This document shows, one piece after another, positions 29,801-33,850 of a stretch of 33,850 nucleotides of DNA. Position 1 is the stretch's first letter. Every line of letters begins with the position of its first letter. Below the pieces are notes generated by a model, which had not been told where the DNA came from, searched no databases, and worked only from the letters and a program-made list of their open reading frames with translations. The position numbers were made by a program, and so were the translations under genes. This DNA is from Methanotrichaceae archaeon (GTDB lineage Archaea; Halobacteriota; Methanosarcinia; Methanotrichales; Methanotrichaceae): positions 1-33,850 of the forward strand of contig CAWDLW010000009.1 of NCBI GenBank assembly GCA_963803145.1, in the 5' to 3' direction.

Positions 29801-30659
29801 AGAGCTCAACGATCGCTATAATCAGGCCTCAACTTACCATCAGCTAGGCATAGTGGCCAAGGGGCAAAGACAATGGAACCAGGCTGAGGACTACTACAAG
29901 AAGGCTATCGAGATCTACATCGAGTTTAACGATCGCTATGGTCAGGCAATGCCATACCTTAGTCTGGGTGTGATGGCCCAGGAACAAAGACAATTGAAAC
30001 TGGCTGAGGATTACTACAAGAAAGCTCTCGAGATCTACATCGAGTTCAACGATCGCTATGATCAGGCCGGAACATACCATAATCTGGGCATGGTGGCCCA
30101 GGAACAAAGACAATTGAAACAGGCTGAGGATTACTACAAGAAAGCTCTCGGGATCTACGTCGAGTTCAACGATCGCTATGATCAGGCCTCAAATTACTAT
30201 CAGCTGGGTACAGTGGCCCAGGAACAAAGACAATGGAACCAGGCTGAGGATTACTACAAGAAAGCTCTCGAGATCTGCGTAGAGTTTAGCGATCGCTATA
30301 ATCAGGCAAAGCCATACCATAATCTGGGCATGGTGGCCCAGGAACAAAGACAATTGAAACAGGCTGAGGATTACTACAAGAAAGCTCTCGAGATCTGCGT
30401 AGAGTTTAACGATCGCTATAATCAGGCAAAGCCGTACCATCAGCTGGGCATGGTGGCCCAGGAACAAAGACAATTGAAACAGGCTGAGGATTACTACAAG
30501 AAAGCTCTCGAGATCTGCATAGAGTTCAATGACCAACCAAGCGGCACAGTCGTTCTTAGTAGTCTATCTCGCTTATGGAAGGCCACCACTGACGAGCGGA
30601 TACTTGCTGAAATCGCACAGATTTTGAGTATCTCCCAAGAGGATGTGAAAGAACTATAG
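26829..30659 (+). CDS. CHAT (caspase-like) protease - STAND/NB-ARC NTPase - TPR protein
   Basis: His-Cys dyad in IIHFDLHG and VVLNACQSG; FVGR; Walker A GMGGSGKT; Walker B LLVLDNME; GYPLPI; 40-aa TPRs. Confidence 0.92.
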   Translation: MTLITIRETGSITDSPNAFVSFDRQGEYPITITNPFSKDDEKDLEWYFEKYLRFPFLEGVRVDKAEKSILAYGQALFEQVFKDRDAYGQYAQARQNGIENIQFEIEGSSGFFHQMHWEALKDPKWPNPFVLEAPMVRSIKKSSVIQAQCQPSPTINLLIVTARPDGRQDVGYRTISQPLVESLQQAKIPVNIDILRPGTYKALTDHLDSVRDKHGKGYYHIIHFDLHGALETYEQLKQDAKADRLLFQKRYGRKDYPSFEGQKAFLFFETDKSGQADPAEATEVAELLISHQIPIVVLNACQSGKLTEYTESSLGSRLLEAGVQTVVAMSYSVTVSAASRMMSELYSKLVDRADLAHALCHARKALADEKDRRAYFNQTINLEDWMLPVVYQSGGAKAKPALNLRDFKPVEQAEYWERLAELYEAPEPTYGFVGRDLDILEAERRVLSTSEGKRRNILLIQGMGGSGKTTLLKHLMEWWQTTGFVQEMFYFGYDERAWSLEQIMYEIAQKLLADKPHAPRTFRLESFMGMNQAAQGKMLGNKLRSEHHLLVLDNMESITGTNLAIKNTLKPEEQQALRSFLSDLLGGETIVLLSSRGSEEWLAEGSNAPLRKNDIYSLPGLDTEAASTLAERVLERHIGDSEKRSKYRQSDDFKELLKILDGYPLPIQVVMANLSSQEPSEILKAFKEGGMIQDGTIPSKTENIMLCIDYSHGNLAPEAQRLLMCLAPFTGVVYKLLIEKYTKYLKAQPALADLRFDMWGEVFKATEAWGLITLYKEPGYEVPGYLRLQPVLPYFLRIRLNQEPQMRQAIETAFRQIYDVFGYQMSDIMQSKQPDPKQAGQALAMLEYENLITALELDLKAQVSVSGPYSALSRYLDITKDQSRGLELGEKIMAGLEGYPPAILEGQIGFDIVAVMSNEIAERQLKLKKFSEAEASYQKALKLLDCLMNIDEKSKADAKAVIYHNLGRVAQEQIQWNQAEDYYKKAIEIKIELNDRYNQASTYHQLGIVAKGQRQWNQAEDYYKKAIEIYIEFNDRYGQAMPYLSLGVMAQEQRQLKLAEDYYKKALEIYIEFNDRYDQAGTYHNLGMVAQEQRQLKQAEDYYKKALGIYVEFNDRYDQASNYYQLGTVAQEQRQWNQAEDYYKKALEICVEFSDRYNQAKPYHNLGMVAQEQRQLKQAEDYYKKALEICVEFNDRYNQAKPYHQLGMVAQEQRQLKQAEDYYKKALEICIEFNDQPSGTVVLSSLSRLWKATTDERILAEIAQILSISQEDVKEL
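29701..30540 (+). repeat. Seven tandem 120-bp coding repeats (40-aa TPR units)
   Basis: Units start at 29701, 29821, 29941, 30061, 30181, 30301 and 30421, with high nucleotide identity. Confidence 0.95.
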
Positions 30660-30722
30660 TTAATCATTGAGCTTATTGCCCTATAGATACATTTAATAAT
30701 TAATGCGTGAAAATACATAGGC

Positions 30723-31220
30723 ATGGGTAGAAAACCTATAATAATTAGGCATATATCAAAGATAGACCTTGATAAATTATATAAAAAAGAGACTGATCTA
30801 AGGATTAAGGAACGGTTATTGGCAATAATACATTTATATGAAGGGAAAAACGTATATGAGGTAGCTGATATTTTAAAAAGGGGCGAGAGGACAATAAAAT
30901 ATTGGTTAAGCAGATGGAATAATCAAGGCTATAATGGATTGACACCAAAGAATAGAAATGGCAAAAAGCCAAAGATGTCTCTTGATGAATGGGATAGAGT
31001 TATTAAAGAAATTGAAGACAAAGGAATGACGATAAAAGACGTATTAAAATATGTAAGGGATACAAGAGGTATAGATTTTTCATATAAATATGGCTGGCGA
31101 ATTTTAAGAGTAGTGAAAAAAGTTAAGTATGGGAAACCATACATCAGAAATGAAAAGAGGCCTGCAGATGCAGAAAGTTTTTTAAAAAAGGATAAAATCA
31201 GTGCTGACCACTGTTACTGA
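30723..31220 (+). CDS. IS630 transposase OrfA (HTH)
   Basis: RIKERLLAI...VADIL...WLSRWNNQGYNGL. Confidence 0.85.
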   Translation: MGRKPIIIRHISKIDLDKLYKKETDLRIKERLLAIIHLYEGKNVYEVADILKRGERTIKYWLSRWNNQGYNGLTPKNRNGKKPKMSLDEWDRVIKEIEDKGMTIKDVLKYVRDTRGIDFSYKYGWRILRVVKKVKYGKPYIRNEKRPADAESFLKKDKISADHCY

Positions 31221-31728
31221 TCCTGTTATAGGATTTCTTGATGAAAGCTCTTTACAACAGCGCCCTAATACACGTAGAGTCTTAAACACTCATTTAATAA
31301 ATTATAAACCTGGAAAGGTTAGATCAAGAACTATTTTTGGATTTATAGCATTAAATGGCAATGATGAGGTTATGGTTTCCAACTCCTCTAAGAAGGAAGC
31401 GTTGATGGCATTTGCTCAAAATATAAGAAATAATAATATTATGAGGCCAATTTGTATACTTTTAGATAATGCTAGAATTCATTTGGCCAAGAAATTTAGA
31501 AAACTAGCTGAGGAAATCGATATTCACTTAATTTATAATATCCCCTATTCACCAGATTTGAATCCTATAGAATTCGGTTGGAAGGATTTCAAAAGAGAGA
31601 TCGCCAAATACACTGATTTCGATGAAGCTATTATAGCTAGCCAAGATTGCGCTTTAGAAATATTTTATTCCAAAAAGGATGGATATTCAAAGTCCTGGGT
31701 GGAGCGATTTCTTAGTGCAAAAAGCTAG
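31186..31728 (+). CDS. IS630 transposase OrfB (DDE), reached by frameshift at the T6A6G run
   Basis: FLDES, LLDNARIH and PYSPDLNPIE motifs; frame is open from 31186. Confidence 0.85.
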   Translation, partial: KRIKSVLTTVTDPVIGFLDESSLQQRPNTRRVLNTHLINYKPGKVRSRTIFGFIALNGNDEVMVSNSSKKEALMAFAQNIRNNNIMRPICILLDNARIHLAKKFRKLAEEIDIHLIYNIPYSPDLNPIEFGWKDFKREIAKYTDFDEAIIASQDCALEIFYSKKDGYSKSWVERFLSAKS

Positions 31729-32256
31729 GAGATTAACTATATTTGAGGAAGCGACCAAGCAATAAACCTTCCTTGTTATAATTTAAGTTTCGTCAGTCAT
31801 GGGGAAAACCGGACTACTGGCTCATGCTGGCGAGAGTTGCCATCGCATGTCATAAAATTGACATATTACGACATTATTAACAGGCAAAGGTGCTCTTGGA
31901 GGCACCATTAATTCCTAAAGGCAGATATAAAAACCGCACATATGCAGTAATATCTTTTTAGATATATTTATGTTATAATCACTACAAATCGTGGATCGCA
32001 TGATATCGCCACTGCATGCAAGGACAATATCAAGAATGCTATTAGAGTGAAAGACCTCATATGAGTCATTATTGAAATCGCTAAACAGATGCAATGAGAT
32101 TCTAGTGCACATTCAAGTTAGATTCGCCCCAAAACCCGTTAAAATTGGTATGAAAATTCTTTGCCACGAAAAATATTAGATTATTAGTGGCAAGGCGATC
32201 ATTTTATCTTTCAGCCACGATTCATTCCTCTTGCGCTCATCAGCCTTATTGACTAT

Positions 32257-32333
32257 CGTTTTCTGAAATCTTCCCCCAGCGATGGGTTATGGGTAGCCCG
32301 CGCGGAGAATGAGCGCGCTAGGAAAACCGCTAG
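32257..32333 (-). repeat. GC-rich interspersed repeat, copy 4, interrupted by IS110
   Basis: Matches copy 2 up to TAGTTT, then IS sequence begins. Confidence 0.85.
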
Positions 32334-32374
32334 TTTCCCATGAAAAACCTTCATCAATTAAAAGAAATGGGGTG

Positions 32375-33634
32375 CTATCCACCCCCTACCGAATGTCTAT
32401 TCTTCAAGTGATAAAAGGCGTCTACGATAGCAGCCACTCCATCCTTTAATCGGTCATCTTTTGATAGATAGAGGAGGTCCCTTTTGACTGGTTTTGATGC
32501 AGCTGTAGTGCATTTGTTCTCTTGATATAGCTCTTGATTGATCAGCAGATGATAAATTATTGTGATTAATTTCCGTGCTAAAGCAGTGATCGCTACATTG
32601 TAACTCTTTCTGGCCGATAATCTATGGAAGTACCTTGAGAGCTTGTTCTTGTTATTTCTCATCTTAGCTATCACTTGAGCTATCTCGACAAGCATAGTTC
32701 TGAGACTCTTGGACCCCTGTTTCGTAATACCACATTGCTTCTTTTTCCCTGCAGATTCGTGTAGTCCAGGAACCAATCCACACCATTTAGCGATTTGTTC
32801 TGGGGTTTGGAAATCGTGATAGTCACCGATTTCTGCCAAGATGGTCGACCCTGATCTAAAACTTATTCCTGGAATTGACATAACTATTGCCAGATCTTTA
32901 GCGCTTTTCTGAAATTTGCTAAGCACTTCAAGACTTGTTTTATCTATCTTCTTTTTCAGAAGATCAAGGAGCTCTAGATTATCCTTAACAAGCATTCTCG
33001 AAGTATCATCAAGACCGTTTGCAAGAGCCGCTTTGATGACGTCTCGCTTTTTCTTGATCTTCTTTGAAGTGATTCTGTCCAGGATCGAGTCTGCATCCTT
33101 GCCTTCAACCAGGCCGTCCAAGATAATCCTGCCTGATTTACCAAAGATGTCTGAAATACAAGAACTCAGCTTTATGCCGCAAAGTGCTAGATACTTATGA
33201 ACTCTGTTTCTAAGTTGAGTTTGAGTCTTTATATATCCTGATCTGGCACGGGTCATCATTCTGAGGGCTCTATCCTCATTGGAAAAGACTCTTGATCTCT
33301 TGATTTTGCCATCCAAGCAGTTACCTGCAATCCTCTTAGCGTCATGAGAATCCGACTTATCCCCTACAAGTCCTTTGACCATCCATGGATTTGCTACAAT
33401 TGTATCAATAGAGGGACTCAGGCAATCGTATACTGGAAACCAGTAAACACCTGTAGCTTCGAATGCTACTTGCTCGCAATTATTGGCTATGAGCCAATTC
33501 CTGAATCTCTCTAGCTCAGAACGAGTCGTGCCAAACTGTTCCTGGATTTCAGTCCCATCTGCATCTTCGATCGTGGCTACTATGAGATCTTTATGGACAT
33601 CTGCTCCGCAAACTCTATCTCTTCGTTTGCCCAT
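32375..33634 (-). CDS. IS110-family DEDD recombinase/transposase
   Basis: GADVHK, FEATG, KSDSHDA, SIPGI, AEIGD, catalytic-Ser loop HESAG and ALARKL; frame intact. Confidence 0.95.
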   Translation of the reverse strand: MGKRRDRVCGADVHKDLIVATIEDADGTEIQEQFGTTRSELERFRNWLIANNCEQVAFEATGVYWFPVYDCLSPSIDTIVANPWMVKGLVGDKSDSHDAKRIAGNCLDGKIKRSRVFSNEDRALRMMTRARSGYIKTQTQLRNRVHKYLALCGIKLSSCISDIFGKSGRIILDGLVEGKDADSILDRITSKKIKKKRDVIKAALANGLDDTSRMLVKDNLELLDLLKKKIDKTSLEVLSKFQKSAKDLAIVMSIPGISFRSGSTILAEIGDYHDFQTPEQIAKWCGLVPGLHESAGKKKQCGITKQGSKSLRTMLVEIAQVIAKMRNNKNKLSRYFHRLSARKSYNVAITALARKLITIIYHLLINQELYQENKCTTAASKPVKRDLLYLSKDDRLKDGVAAIVDAFYHLKNRHSVGGG

Positions 33635-33639
33635 ATATG

Positions 33640-33826
33640 TCGCTATCCTGATATGGGCAGATGATTAAGATTAAACCCTCATAAGGGGCAATTTCCCATA
33701 CGCGTTCAACGACGCAGCCCCGTATTCGCGGGATTATTGGCCAGTTTTAGCCGCGAGATCATGATCTCAAAATTAAAGCTGCCTTCACTGCCCATATCAG
33801 ACTAAACATAGTTGGCCATGAATGTG
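33640..33826 (-). ncRNA. Putative IS110 bridge/seek RNA
   Basis: 13-bp enclosing stem CTGATATGGGCAG (33648..33660 and 33788..33800), internal hairpins, and segments matching target and donor junctions. Confidence 0.7.
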
Positions 33827-33850
33827 AGGTTTTTCATCCGCCACGTATGA

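Larger units (their letters stand above)
30657..31739 (+). mobile_element. IS630-family element with TA duplication
   Basis: TIRs TAGTTAATC.../...GATTAACTA (21/27 identical); TA at 30655-30656 and 31740-31741. Confidence 0.92.
32334..33850 (-). mobile_element. IS110-family element with 11-bp sub-terminal inverted repeats; left end at or just past the window edge
   Basis: ATGAAAAACCT (32340..32350) and AGGTTTTTCAT (33827..33837). Confidence 0.85.

Noticed and set aside
29701-30540. CRISPR array or DGR variable region
   Set aside because: Repeats are in-frame coding units without spacers, no RT or template repeat is in the window, and several changes are at non-adenine positions.
31915-32112. 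65-aa minus-strand ORF between IS630 and IS110
   Set aside because: No motifs or RBS; probably decayed DNA.

Overview
Archaeal DNA, most likely from a methanogen (Methanothrix/Methanosarcinales-like). The lineage is inferred from Alba, an AglJ-type glycosyltransferase, TRAM-fused RlmE and an archaeal RNase P RNA; no database was consulted. The left half is mostly housekeeping: glycosyltransferase, a frameshifted phosphohexomutase, albA, rlmE, rnpB, DUF99, carAB and tRNA-Val/tRNA-Phe, interrupted by an IS1634-like element. After tRNA-Phe lies an accessory region of ~2 kb mosaic units carrying a duplicated toxin-first RelE module, swapped ribbon-helix-helix genes and secreted cargo. The right end holds a two-gene candidate defence system (small amphipathic protein plus CHAT protease-STAND NTPase-TPR with seven near-identical 120-bp repeats) clipped by an IS630, followed by an intact IS110. 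Strongest observation: the IS110 upstream non-coding region folds like a bridge/seek RNA, with segments matching its own end junctions and an unoccupied copy of a GC-rich, multi-hairpin interspersed repeat. The IS sits in another copy of that repeat at the homologous position. All family assignments come from motif recognition by eye.
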